The notes under the pieces are model-generated. The model made no database searches. It was not told the DNA's origin and worked only from the letters and a program-made list of their open reading frames with translations. Positions 47,701-56,442 of a stretch of 64,000 bases of DNA are shown here, piece after piece. The stretch comes from a virus (lineage: Duplodnaviria > Heunggongvirae > Uroviricota > Caudoviricetes), in IMG/VR virus record IMGVR_UViG_3300028840_008157. One strand, written 5' to 3'. Numbering within the stretch: position 1 is the stretch's first letter; the number at the start of each line of letters is the position of its first letter. The position numbers and the translations under genes are program-made.

Positions 47701-50139
47701 GAGTTTCGTCTGGAGATCGATGCGTTCCTTGTCGCCCAGGTTCCTGGTCCGCAGGAGCGTCTGCGTTTCCTTGATCTGGGCTACGACCATGTTCTTCTGC
47801 TTCTCGAGCTGCTGGACTTGGCCGATCTGGAACTCGAGGGTCGGGCCCGCGCCGAGGTACATTTCCTTGGCCATCTGCGCCTGGGATTCCATCAAGCTGA
47901 GCTGCTGTTCCTGGAGCTGCAACGCCGGCTCGAAGCGATCAATGCGTCGCTTCTCGAGGTCCGCGATGGCCCGCTTGTGCGTGACCACGTTCTGCTCGAG
48001 GATGCTGATGGTTCCGACGGCGTTCTGTATCTTGTTGAGCTCTTCCCTTTGCTTCGCGTCGAGGGCCGCGCCGCTCTTCTTGAGCTCCTGGATTTTTATC
48101 GTGGCCTGCTCGTAGCCGCCGGCCGCGTCGATGATGGCCTTCGCGTTGTCGCGCTCCTGGATCGCGAGCTGCAAGCTGATTTGCCTGTTGGCGAGCGCCT
48201 GGTTGAGGAGCTCGCCGGATCCTTTTATGTCACCGAACAGCTCGGCTTGCAAAGCGGCCTGTTCCTTCAGGCTTCCGTTGATCGTGTCAAAGACGTTCTT
48301 GATCTGCTCGGCTTCCATCAGGAGGTTCTGCAAGGTGAGTATCTCGAATTGAGCCTTCATCAAGCCAGCGATCTTCGTGGCCTTCTCCATCTCCTCCCTG
48401 GCGCGATCCGCCCCGATCAGCTTGGCGAGGTCGATGCCCTGCATCTCCCTCTTGATCTCCTCGCCGCTAATGCCCCTGGCGAGGGCTAGGTATCTCGAGG
48501 AGGCCGCCCCCCTAGCGGCCGCTCCGATCTCTTCCTCCGCCCCTTCGGCGCCCATGCCTTGCTGCATCAGGCGACGCCTCATGATCTGGGCCATCGCGTA
48601 CTGCGCGCCGAAACCAGCCTCTCCGACGCCCATGCCGGCCTGTTTCTCGGCCTTCATGATTTCTTCGGTAGACGCCTTGACGGCCTCGGCCTGTTCCTTC
48701 TGTGCGTCGGTGACCTTCTTGGTCGCTTCTTCGGTTCCAGAGAAGGCGTCCCAGAGGGTGGGAATGGATACGGCAAGTCCTCCGATCCCACCAATGAGGG
48801 CTCCCCATGGTCCAGCCATGGCTCCCATGCCGACGCCAGCGCCGATGTTTCCCAATGTTTTCATGCCGGCCGAAGCCCACGTAGGAGCCCCCGCTTCTTC
48901 GGCGATCATCCCGCCAACATGTCCAGCAATGCCCGCGACGGCTCCGTATCCGGCGACTCTACCCCTGGTAGCCGCGCTCCATCCTCTTCCTCCAGCAGGA
49001 GCTCCCGCCATTCCTGGGCCACCCATTCCGGCCCCGGGAGCGCCTCCTCCCAATCCTCCTAGGCCTACAGGTTGTACGAAAATGGCGTCTTGTGGACTTT
49101 GCCCCTTCTTGCGTCCGATGCCACCTAACACGCCACCGATGCCCCCTCCGATCCCTCCGGCCATGCGACCGATGCCCCCGAGGGCGTTTCCCAGCCCCAT
49201 GAGGGCGGGCCCGAACATGGCGACGCCTCCGATGGCGAGCGTCAGCTTGGGACTTTTCTCCACGAACGAAGCGATGCCATCCAAAACTTTCGTTACCGGC
49301 TCGCGAAGCTCGTTGAATATCTTCAAGAGGGGCTGCCCGATGGATACCGTCAGGTTTTGCAGGGACTTCTGGAACTCCTGGACGGTATCGTTATAGGAGC
49401 GCAGGTGTAGCTGTTCCTTGGTCAGCGCGGTTCCTTCGAGCGTCCTGGCGATCTGGAGCCTGAACAGCGTGTTAATCTGGTCCTGGGACGCCTTGTTGAC
49501 GACGACGAGACGTGTCGCGTAGGCAGTCAACGCCTCGGGGGACATGCTCTCGTTGAGTTGCCTGAAGAGGAAGATGTCCTTTTCCTGTAGGGCGGCGAGC
49601 TTCTCGAACGCCTTCGATACGTCATCGAGGGCCGGCCCAAACTCCCGGGACAACGTCTGGGCCATCTTGCTTACTTGGTCGCCTGCCATCCGGACGCCGC
49701 GCGTCCCCTCGCTGACGGTCTTGTAGAATTGCGTGGACTCGACTATCGACAACCTCGTCTTGTCGGTGATGTCCTCTATCCCACGCCTCATCTCGCCGAA
49801 GTTCTGGCCGGTCAACCTCGCCGTCTTGGAGAGGTCGTACAACTGCATGTTCATTTGCCCGACCATCTTCAGGGCGCCCGACATCATGCCGCCCGCTACT
49901 AGGGACTCGAAAGCCCCTTTGACGTGCATCTTGACGTTTCGGAGTTCTTGGACGAGGCCCTTGAACGTCGCGGTGAGCTTGCTTGTCGATTGATCGAGGG
50001 AGGTTTGTTCCCTGACGAGCCTGTTGATGTGCGTGTTCAGGGCCGACATCTGCTCGTTTGTCAGCCCGAGCGTTCGTTGTATTTCCCCGCCAGTCCGGTT
50101 CTCGGACTCGAGGACTATGTTGATGGGGATCTTGGGCAT
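44797..50139 (-). CDS. Tape measure protein
   Basis: 1780 aa; helical Ala/Gln/Glu-rich; Gly-rich hydrophobic segment; C-terminal AxGG..PG.G.GD.V.ALL.PGEFVV motif; follows tube and chaperone genes. Confidence 0.88.
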   Translation of the reverse strand: MPKIPINIVLESENRTGGEIQRTLGLTNEQMSALNTHINRLVREQTSLDQSTSKLTATFKGLVQELRNVKMHVKGAFESLVAGGMMSGALKMVGQMNMQLYDLSKTARLTGQNFGEMRRGIEDITDKTRLSIVESTQFYKTVSEGTRGVRMAGDQVSKMAQTLSREFGPALDDVSKAFEKLAALQEKDIFLFRQLNESMSPEALTAYATRLVVVNKASQDQINTLFRLQIARTLEGTALTKEQLHLRSYNDTVQEFQKSLQNLTVSIGQPLLKIFNELREPVTKVLDGIASFVEKSPKLTLAIGGVAMFGPALMGLGNALGGIGRMAGGIGGGIGGVLGGIGRKKGQSPQDAIFVQPVGLGGLGGGAPGAGMGGPGMAGAPAGGRGWSAATRGRVAGYGAVAGIAGHVGGMIAEEAGAPTWASAGMKTLGNIGAGVGMGAMAGPWGALIGGIGGLAVSIPTLWDAFSGTEEATKKVTDAQKEQAEAVKASTEEIMKAEKQAGMGVGEAGFGAQYAMAQIMRRRLMQQGMGAEGAEEEIGAAARGAASSRYLALARGISGEEIKREMQGIDLAKLIGADRAREEMEKATKIAGLMKAQFEILTLQNLLMEAEQIKNVFDTINGSLKEQAALQAELFGDIKGSGELLNQALANRQISLQLAIQERDNAKAIIDAAGGYEQATIKIQELKKSGAALDAKQREELNKIQNAVGTISILEQNVVTHKRAIADLEKRRIDRFEPALQLQEQQLSLMESQAQMAKEMYLGAGPTLEFQIGQVQQLEKQKNMVVAQIKETQTLLRTRNLGDKERIDLQTKLAALQQKQVNLTTKQLSLTKNLREGYLEAMQTMTNAEGTFAKFVLRREMGMGELQRQFLAAGGLRAGMLGAGAAQHTMRWRPGGGPGALQFMSPQQLMQLGQGYGEEYGPMTMFPNVPAAMAATPLGQFGAQAPESGMLQLGGRAGQAITVPSGRLNQQQAAEMQAIQKRVMLKAEKGESTVAERTRAEEIRKEAAAGSFEGQVLQKMDNIIALMEGTRQVFDVKPDKGTQTAVREGAKEGAKAGAEAAEKKKQESQARDYTRRAQAMRRGTGMGEGPTSAEAAYKKEKEKLAESERIEQQRFQAYERRFADWDAAAAGVDTTGIGIGGRGGTRGRGVRGVRYAGAPGARGAPGAPMTTEGYAFDKPFTAEQVQAVSRRLGARATYGPEESKPQVKISPPDMDAFNRITQEMEKLKEVQLKSTEKSAKATEYATDIAKKQLLEVANPENPAAKSSESLKNELARVRKQQESAKKEDIELRRQTGGADVGWGTKVADELSGFKDMLGESVANLGSAAKYSARMAFRTEEGPTQEQIARDYEKEIFDREKNRKTEQKAQDQLLINQVRINALKKRETELLAEIKTSQEAEAKAVKDASFDAAQLARAREIAAEEQEKAAEAGKKLEALGKKRAAAEKEMAAYVEQRVAQGQKEAAKTLGMEAPEMAKRQAGIYTEGKRVISERQRRESEERMQKKVSELEKLEQSHREQAEFEQSKQRYGEAAESERAAERAAELARQEKQRHAEFLKGAEVRKSAAGGPGVKRMAESENEFAKWQKTAEGEKTRAELEKLRKTTEKGIDTQKEVGRDQVNAQKEAGQNLKSTLEQQKIDVSPVVTSVNPACATAVAQTRAAGGWIAAMAEGGRLPGFGGGDRVLALLEPGEFVVNKRAAAAFPGLLENVNRFQGGGMAGMAPSPSIARQGGTIAPSFNISVRGDTAKTLVGSVNKALSGVLNDMFAPQGTSGRLYDLGV

Positions 50140-50184
50140 CGAAAGAATCCCGCTCGCGGGGCGATAGGACGACTACTTGTTAAG

Positions 50185-50209
50185 TTCGACGGCTGCGCCG
50201 GTTTTTCCT
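50185..50209 (-). promoter_or_regulatory. Sigma-H-like promoter upstream of the TMP
   Basis: AGGA-N18-GAA. Confidence 0.55.
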
Positions 50210-50579
50210 AGCTCAAACGCTGTCCCAATACGGCGTTGATGGCCTCTACGAGGGGGGCCGGGAGGCGCCCGATGTTTACGGGCGTCACGGGGATCGGCTT
50301 TCCGTCCTCGGACTTCAGGTCCCACTTCCTCAGGAGGACCTTCAGCCTCGCGTCCATGAGACGATAGGGGTCGATCTCGCCCTTCCCGTCGCTGAGCCTG
50401 ACCGACTGGCTCATGATCTCCTTCGTCTCTCCCCACGCCGGGCGCTTGAAGATGAAAGTCATCTCCTCGCAATCCGTGGCTTCCTTTAGGGGGGAATCGT
50501 GATAGTCCGTATTCCCGTCATGAGTTACGACGTATATCTTGACCTCGATCGTTTCGTTCTCGTTGATAAGGGCCGACAT
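50208..50579 (-). CDS. Tail assembly chaperone paralog
   Basis: Shares P.W.E and WD.K...G...P.TP.NI..L motifs with the chaperone at 50871..51297. Confidence 0.65.
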   Translation of the reverse strand: MSALINENETIEVKIYVVTHDGNTDYHDSPLKEATDCEEMTFIFKRPAWGETKEIMSQSVRLSDGKGEIDPYRLMDARLKVLLRKWDLKSEDGKPIPVTPVNIGRLPAPLVEAINAVLGQRLS

Positions 50580-50580
50580 G

Positions 50581-50880
50581 TCATTCTCCTATCCCGTTAT
50601 TGGCGTCGGCGGCGTCCTTTTCCGCCATCTTCTTCAGCATCTCCGCCTTGACCCGGTCCTCGTCCGGGGATCCTAGGTTCTCGACGGCGTCCTTCGTAGC
50701 GCGTTGCTGCTCGAGGACCACGAATATCTTGCGCAGCTTTTGCTGCGAGAGGCCGTCCGTGTCCTTCCACGACCAGTGAAACCTGTCCCACAGGGATATC
50801 TCGATGCACTCGTCCGGGGGCATCTGTCCCTCCTTCAGGCTCCCGGAGTAGTACCTGTGGGCCAGGTACGCTATTCCCCC
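50581..50880 (-). CDS. Frameshift extension (gpT-like) of the tail assembly chaperone
   Basis: Open -1 frame after GGGGGAA, encoding ..LWDRFHWSW...L.., typical of gpT segments. Confidence 0.7.
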   Translation of the reverse strand, partial: GGIAYLAHRYYSGSLKEGQMPPDECIEISLWDRFHWSWKDTDGLSQQKLRKIFVVLEQQRATKDAVENLGSPDEDRVKAEMLKKMAEKDAADANNGIGE

Positions 50881-51297
50881 AGCTCTTGCTCCGACACGCT
50901 CGTCTTGGCCAGGAACGCCTCGACGAGGGCCGCGGCGATGGCCGGATCGAGCTTCGCGATGTTCGTCGGCGTGCAGGGAACCCCGTTGCCCTGGTCGTCC
51001 TTGGCGTCCCACGACTTCATGAAGCTGTCGAGTACCAGGGACCGGTAGGCCGCCCACATGAACCTGAGCTCGCCCGTCTGGGCGTCCGGCTGGTAAGCCT
51101 TCGCCAGCAGGTTGCTGCTCTCCTTCCAGTTGGGCATCGCCCACTGGGTTTGGAGCTCGTTCATGGACCCCTTGTACCTGTCCTCGGTCTCCTTGTCGCG
51201 GATGATGAGGGTTCCCTTGACCCCCGTCTTCGTCTCCACCTCCGCCCACTTGACGACGATGGGGAACAGTTCCTCCGATACGAATGGACTGGCCATA
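50871..51297 (-). CDS. Tail assembly chaperone (gpG-like)
   Basis: Between tail tube and TMP; AAGGAG RBS before MASPF; ends at the slippery site. Confidence 0.75.
50874..50880 (-). other. Programmed -1 frameshift site GGGGGAA
   Basis: CTG GGG GAA TAG at the end of the chaperone ORF. Confidence 0.75.
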
Positions 51298-51387
51298 TGA
51301 CCATCTCCTTGCAAAAATGCCCGATGGGGCGTTCACGACGGCCCTGCCGGGGCCGTCACAAATATCCGCTGGATGGATTATACGGTT

Positions 51388-51411
51388 CAAATAGGGGGGC
51401 TTGCGCCCCCC
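51388..51411 (-). terminator. Terminator-like hairpin after the tail tube gene
   Basis: GGGGGGC-gcaa-GCCCCCC-TATTT. Confidence 0.65.
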
Positions 51412-51425
51412 GTTGTGTTCAATAT

Positions 51426-52313
51426 TTACTGTACGTCGACGGCCGGCTCTCCACCCGTCCCGCCGAAGCTGTACCAGTTGACGGTGGACGTGATCAGGCC
51501 GACGTTGATGTCGAGGTTCTGGAACTCGTAGATGATGTGCCGGAAGGTCCTCGTGAAGCCTCCGAAGTCGAACGCGAGCGTGTCGTCAGAGGTAAACCGG
51601 TACATGTTCTGCTCGGCGCCCGTCTGCTCAGACGCCGCGAAGCCCTGGAACTCCATGTTGCCCTGGATGGCGCGCTTGCCGGTCGAGATGTTCGACGCGA
51701 ACAAGGCCGTGGACGGGCAGAAGGTGTAGTTCCTGGAGCAGTTGTTGTTGATCGTGAAGCTGAACGCCCGGACGATGCACGTGTCGAACGTGACGTTCCC
51801 GTTCGCCGTGATGACGACGTCGTTCCACGTCAGGACGCGAGCGGGGCTCAGGTCTTGCATGCCTGGCGACGTCCCGGCGTCCACGAAGGTCGTTCCCATG
51901 AAGTCCACGGTGGCCTCGACGCGGTCCCCCTGGGTGGCCCGCATCTCGAGGCTGTTCACGCGGCACTGGTTGAACGTACGAACCTGCTGATGCGAGTACT
52001 CGAGGATGACGTCGCCGAAGCGAAGGAGTTCACCGGTGTTCTGGTCGCGCAACGTGGCGATCTCCCAGATGAACTGTAGGAAGCTGTTCTGGGTACTCGT
52101 CTTGACGATGGGGATCGCGACGTTGCCACCAACCTCGACCGGACCAAGCTGGTAGAGCGTCCGGTCGATCCGGTTGTCCACCACGTCCGGGATGTTGATG
52201 GTCTGCGAAGCCTTGAGGCTAGACGAGAGCGCCCTTACGACCCGACCGTAGATGACTACCGAACCGATGTAGCCCATTCGACCGGGGGCGGGGGGAAGCG
52301 GGATGAATGGCAT
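51426..52313 (-). CDS. Major tail tube protein
   Basis: 295-aa beta-rich protein directly upstream of chaperones and TMP; FSFTINNN..G.R.I.G motif; strong RBS; own terminator. Confidence 0.75.
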   Translation of the reverse strand: MPFIPLPPAPGRMGYIGSVVIYGRVVRALSSSLKASQTINIPDVVDNRIDRTLYQLGPVEVGGNVAIPIVKTSTQNSFLQFIWEIATLRDQNTGELLRFGDVILEYSHQQVRTFNQCRVNSLEMRATQGDRVEATVDFMGTTFVDAGTSPGMQDLSPARVLTWNDVVITANGNVTFDTCIVRAFSFTINNNCSRNYTFCPSTALFASNISTGKRAIQGNMEFQGFAASEQTGAEQNMYRFTSDDTLAFDFGGFTRTFRHIIYEFQNLDINVGLITSTVNWYSFGGTGGEPAVDVQ

Positions 52314-52333
52314 TTACGTAGCCTCCGTTCTGA

Positions 52334-52696
52334 CTACTGAATGTTCTCGGGCGCGATTTCGAGCCCCAGGTTGTCGGATAGCGTGGCGAACGATTGCGTC
52401 ACCTTCAGGCTCCTCGAATAGAGGTAGTCGTTGAAGGGTTGACCGCTGTGCGTTTCCACGTGCTCCACGAGAGCGTCATACGCCTCCCTTAGAAGCCCCG
52501 ACGTAGCTTGGGTATTCACCGTAACCAGATTCCTGGAATACGCCCCAAGCATGTCCACCTCGACGTCCACGTCCTGCGACGCCACGACGACCACCAGTCC
52601 CGACTCGATCGAGGAATACGACTGATACAGCCCCGCGTACCCCGATCCGAGGTACCCTTGCTGCGTCAGGAAGTCCGCGTCCGAGATGAGCGGCAT
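52334..52696 (-). CDS. Hypothetical structural protein (paralog of 52716..53120)
   Basis: Shared SGL..VV..Q....EVD, L..HV and VTQ..A..S...G..I.P.NI motifs. Confidence 0.65.
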   Translation of the reverse strand: MPLISDADFLTQQGYLGSGYAGLYQSYSSIESGLVVVVASQDVDVEVDMLGAYSRNLVTVNTQATSGLLREAYDALVEHVETHSGQPFNDYLYSRSLKVTQSFATLSDNLGLEIAPENIQ

Positions 52697-52715
52697 TCAT
52701 CCTTCCACCCTTTGA

Positions 52716-53120
52716 TTACGGCTCGATGTTCGCGGGGTCGATGTAGAATCCCGCGCCCGACGAGATCCGAGCGTACGTCTGGGTCACCAATACGCCGTTG
52801 TCGCTCAGCCAGCGGTTGAGCCTAGTGCTGACCGTGTCCGTCGCCTCCAGCGTGGTACCACGCTCGATGACGTGCAGATTGAGCTCTGTTACCCACGCCG
52901 TGAAGTTCGAGTCGCTCTCGAAGCTCGATTGCGTCTGGTAGTTGGCGTGCGCCGGCGTTACCAGGTCGACCTCGGGAGTCACGACCTGCAAGAGGACGAC
53001 GTATTGCAGGCCCGAATACGCGAGCGTCGACACGGTCTCCATGACGTCGGCCTGGTCGGTGACGTTCTGCTGGAGCCACTCGAACTCAGCCGGGGTGACC
53101 GTTACGTTGGGGATAGGCAT
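52716..53120 (-). CDS. Hypothetical structural protein (paralog of 52334..52696)
   Basis: Same shared motifs; GAGGAGG RBS; promoter motif upstream. Confidence 0.65.
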   Translation of the reverse strand: MPIPNVTVTPAEFEWLQQNVTDQADVMETVSTLAYSGLQYVVLLQVVTPEVDLVTPAHANYQTQSSFESDSNFTAWVTELNLHVIERGTTLEATDTVSTRLNRWLSDNGVLVTQTYARISSGAGFYIDPANIEP

Positions 53121-53173
53121 CTCTCGCCTCCTCTTTCAGGTCCCGCTCCCCATGGAGCGCCTTCTTTTATTGG

Positions 53174-53198
53174 TTCTTCGCGGGCGCGAGCCTTTCCT
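53174..53198 (-). promoter_or_regulatory. Sigma-H-like promoter for the tail tube unit
   Basis: AGGA-N18-GAA. Confidence 0.6.
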
Positions 53199-53203
53199 TT
53201 AAC

Positions 53204-54457
53204 TTAGAGCTCCTCGACCGGGACGACGGCCGGGCCTACCATGGCCTCGACGGCATCGCACAACCTATTTTTCGCCCCTTCCCACGTTAGTCCCTTGGCG
53301 TATTCCTCGCAGGACGCCCTCTTTCCTTCCATCCACGATGATCGCCTGTTGTGGATGGCCTCCGCCATGCCCCTCGCCATGGAATCCGTGTCGACGACGC
53401 GGCCCATGATCGCCGGCGGGAACACCTGCAATTGGTAGGCGCAGAGATAACCCCTCTCGTGCCAGCCCTCGCCCTCGTCGTCCGTCACGTGCTCCGTCAT
53501 GGCCGACGTGTCGTTGACTAGGACGGGCAGCCCGCAGGCCATGGCCTCGACCACGGGGAGCGCGAAGCCCTCCGCCAGGGAAGGCATCAGGAGGAAGTCC
53601 GAGGCGTTGTACTCCTCGGCGAGGATTTCGTCTGAGGGGGAATCGAACAGGCAACCCGACGTCGGATACGACATGAGCCCCGTCACGCCGATGGCCTTTT
53701 CGACCTCGCGGAGGTTGTAGGAAAACGCCTCCTGTGGGTCGGTCGCCCCTATGTTCGTATGCAAATGAACCTTGAAATTCCCCATGGAGGCGATCGACTT
53801 GGCGGCCCAATAGAGCGCCGGGATGTTCTTCCTCGTCGTGTTCTGGGCGACGCATATGAACCTGACCTCGTGGTCCTCGATGCCTCGCTCCTTCCTGAGA
53901 TTTGCTCGTTCCTCGCCGCTCGCCCTCCTGAAGCAATCGTTTACCCCATAAGGACTTACGATTGAATCTATGCCGTGTCCGGAAAGGACTTGGGAGCCGT
54001 AATGGGAGGGTACCATGACGAGGTCGGCGTACTTCAGGACCGCCGCGTGCTGGTTCGAGGGTTTAGACTCCACGTTGACGTAGGCGACCCACCGGAAGCT
54101 GAAGTCAAGCTTGGACTTGATGGGGCCTATGTACCAGAAGTCCCAGACATCCCCCATTGTCAGGATCACGTCAGGCTTGAACAGTTCGGCGGCGTCATAG
54201 ATGGTCAGCATGGGCTTGTTGCCGCCGCTCTTGGGGACGCCGTAATACCTGACCTTGTTTCCCTTGGGAGTTTCGTAGTAGAGCGCGGGAGGCTTCTCTC
54301 CCCTGGAGAACTTGGCCATCTCCTGGGTCGTGTAGGCGAACCAGCAGCATGGAAGAACCTCGTGTCCGGCGTCGACGAGCGCGTCTATCGCGTTCCTGTG
54401 AACCCTCGCCATCCCCGAGAACAACTTCGGGGAATCGCTTATCGTCATGATCTTCAC
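53204..54457 (-). CDS. Glycosyltransferase family 4 (GT-B fold)
   Basis: RKN, YNASD....S.AEGFALPVVEAMACGLPV motifs. Confidence 0.88.
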   Translation of the reverse strand: MKIMTISDSPKLFSGMARVHRNAIDALVDAGHEVLPCCWFAYTTQEMAKFSRGEKPPALYYETPKGNKVRYYGVPKSGGNKPMLTIYDAAELFKPDVILTMGDVWDFWYIGPIKSKLDFSFRWVAYVNVESKPSNQHAAVLKYADLVMVPSHYGSQVLSGHGIDSIVSPYGVNDCFRRASGEERANLRKERGIEDHEVRFICVAQNTTRKNIPALYWAAKSIASMGNFKVHLHTNIGATDPQEAFSYNLREVEKAIGVTGLMSYPTSGCLFDSPSDEILAEEYNASDFLLMPSLAEGFALPVVEAMACGLPVLVNDTSAMTEHVTDDEGEGWHERGYLCAYQLQVFPPAIMGRVVDTDSMARGMAEAIHNRRSSWMEGKRASCEEYAKGLTWEGAKNRLCDAVEAMVGPAVVPVEEL

Positions 54458-54465
54458 TTTTCACC

Positions 54466-55362
54466 TCAAGTCACGATGTTTCCTTGGCGCAGCAGCTCCT
54501 CCTTGCCGTACCAGCTAAGCTCCGCGCCCTTCAAGAGCGATCCTCCCTGCCCCGGAACGAACCCGTAGGTGATGTCCGAGACGCGCGTGTCGTAGAAGTA
54601 GCGGTTTACCAGGAACAACCTCGACTGCCTCGACACCAGGTAATCATACTTCGCCGGCGTCGCCAGCTCGAGCTGGGTCGGACCGAGTATCGCCTTGACG
54701 AGGTCCTCCTGGGCGTTCGGCCTGGGCTTCGCGTCCCTGAGGAAGACCACGCTGTTCGGGACGAACCTGGACGTGTCGGGGATCGTCGCGATCGTCTGGC
54801 CGGTAAGGACATCGTCCGTCAGCGGATACTCCAAGTAGTCGACGAGGGGATGGATGTGGTCGATCAGTATCTCTCGTATTTGCCTAGCGTACTTGGCGAG
54901 CAGCAGGTTCGTCGACTCGAAGTTGTCCTGCTGTACGTACACGCGGATGGCGATCCTGTGCTCGTGGGTCGTCGCCTGGAGCGTGATCCAGTCGTTGCTC
55001 TCGCTGGCGGGCTCGAGCGTGACCATGGGGAAGTCGGGGTTGACCCTGAGGTCGCCGATGTGGACGCGCTTCAGCGGCATCCACCCGATAGCCTTCTGGA
55101 CCACGGAGTCGGACGTCGGCCACGCGTTGGCGGCCTCTGGCTCGATGATGAGCTCGTTCCAGTCGTTGATCTTGGTCACCGTCACCGGTTCCGCGACGTT
55201 CCTGGCGATGGACATCAGGAAGACCTGGTCTCCGGGACGGAAATGACTCGTGTTGGGTATCTTGACGACGTCGTCGCCGATGGCCACGTCCTCGGACAAT
55301 GGCTGGTTGGCCGCAAGGTGTTCTATGAGGAGCCCTCGGAGGGCCGTCAGGATTTGGTCCAC
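54466..55362 (-). CDS. Putative tail completion/terminator protein with inserted beta domains
   Basis: Position after the head-tail genes; FP.V..EP..E...W and I.I.VY motifs. Confidence 0.45.
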   Translation of the reverse strand: MDQILTALRGLLIEHLAANQPLSEDVAIGDDVVKIPNTSHFRPGDQVFLMSIARNVAEPVTVTKINDWNELIIEPEAANAWPTSDSVVQKAIGWMPLKRVHIGDLRVNPDFPMVTLEPASESNDWITLQATTHEHRIAIRVYVQQDNFESTNLLLAKYARQIREILIDHIHPLVDYLEYPLTDDVLTGQTIATIPDTSRFVPNSVVFLRDAKPRPNAQEDLVKAILGPTQLELATPAKYDYLVSRQSRLFLVNRYFYDTRVSDITYGFVPGQGGSLLKGAELSWYGKEELLRQGNIVT

Positions 55363-55365
55363 TGA

Positions 55366-55635
55366 TCACCCTTCCAGGAAATCGGCGATGTCCTCGATGG
55401 TCATGTACGCCCGGGTCATCTCCTCCTCGGTGACTTCCCCATCGACGACGAGCCTCGCGTGTTCCTCGGTCATGAGCGGGACTTGCCGGGGCTTTCCCCT
55501 GATCCTCAGCTCGTTCCTGGTCTCCGCGATGCTTTTCTTCCCGTCCGCCGCGTTCTCGACTTGTTGAGCCCTTTCCTCGAGCTCCTCGAGATAAGCCTGG
55601 AGCTTGTCCAGCCCGGTTATCTTTATCCTGAACAT
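55366..55635 (-). CDS. Small neck-region protein
   Basis: I.ITGLDKL...L N-terminus reminiscent of HK97 gp10-like proteins. Confidence 0.5.
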   Translation of the reverse strand: MFRIKITGLDKLQAYLEELEERAQQVENAADGKKSIAETRNELRIRGKPRQVPLMTEEHARLVVDGEVTEEEMTRAYMTIEDIADFLEG

Positions 55636-55638
55636 GGC

Positions 55639-56370
55639 TTACGTCCCCGGGTTGAACCACGTCTTGCCGGGCTCCGACCTCGTGTCGAAGACGTCGCCGA
55701 GCGCGTGGTTGTAATACCTTCGTCCCATGTACATGTTCGCGTCCTGGATCATGATCCTGATCGCCCCGGAGAGGACCTGGTTGATGTCCTGGTAGGCGAG
55801 CGCTCGGAGCTGCTTGCCGTAATCGCTCTGGTTGCCCTCTACCTGCGCGGCGAAATACTTGTCGTAGATGGCCGCCGCCGCGAGGCGGGCGGAAATCTTC
55901 GGGATCGGGTCCGGGTAGCGGATGCGCTCGATCCTCGTGTCGACGGCTAGGTAGCTGTCGGTCACGGGATCCGTGAACTGGAGGGTGACGTCGTCTGGGA
56001 TCGCTTCGACGGTCATCTCCTGGGACGTCACGTTGTCGTTGTCCCTGACGAGGACGAGGTCGTCGACGATGAACTTGGTGGCGTCCTTCAGGACGGCTTG
56101 CGTGTCGCCGGCCGTGATGTCGAGCGCGAGCTCGAACGTCCCCTCGTTCACCCGCTCGAACGGGACGCGGTAGATGCTGGACAGGCTCGCGTCGATGTTC
56201 TGGTCCGCGTAACGGATGAACTGGTACAGGACGTCGTCCGGGACCGTGTCCGTTATGCTCTTCCCGATGCTCGTCACCGGCACGAGACCCGTCGGCCCCG
56301 GCGCGGGACTTCCGGAAGTCATTACGTTGGCCAGTGTTAGGATGACTTCCTGCCTGGTGGCGTAACCCAT
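55639..56370 (-). CDS. Head-tail connector/adaptor (Mu gp36-like)
   Basis: MGYAT..., A...ID..L...Y.VP and I...LAA..IY motifs. Confidence 0.6.
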   Translation of the reverse strand: MGYATRQEVILTLANVMTSGSPAPGPTGLVPVTSIGKSITDTVPDDVLYQFIRYADQNIDASLSSIYRVPFERVNEGTFELALDITAGDTQAVLKDATKFIVDDLVLVRDNDNVTSQEMTVEAIPDDVTLQFTDPVTDSYLAVDTRIERIRYPDPIPKISARLAAAAIYDKYFAAQVEGNQSDYGKQLRALAYQDINQVLSGAIRIMIQDANMYMGRRYYNHALGDVFDTRSEPGKTWFNPGT

Positions 56371-56386
56371 GTTCGTCGGCTCCGCT

Positions 56387-56433
56387 AAAAAGTTCCCTCG
56401 CCTCTAGTTTCTGACGAGGCGAGGGTCAACCCT
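56387..56433 (-). terminator. Terminator of the actin operon overlapping a sigma-H-like promoter for neck genes
   Basis: CCCTCGCCTC/GAGGCGAGGG stem with AACTTTTT tail; AGG-N19-GAA at 56433..56409. Confidence 0.65.
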
Positions 56434-56442
56434 TCAGGGGCG

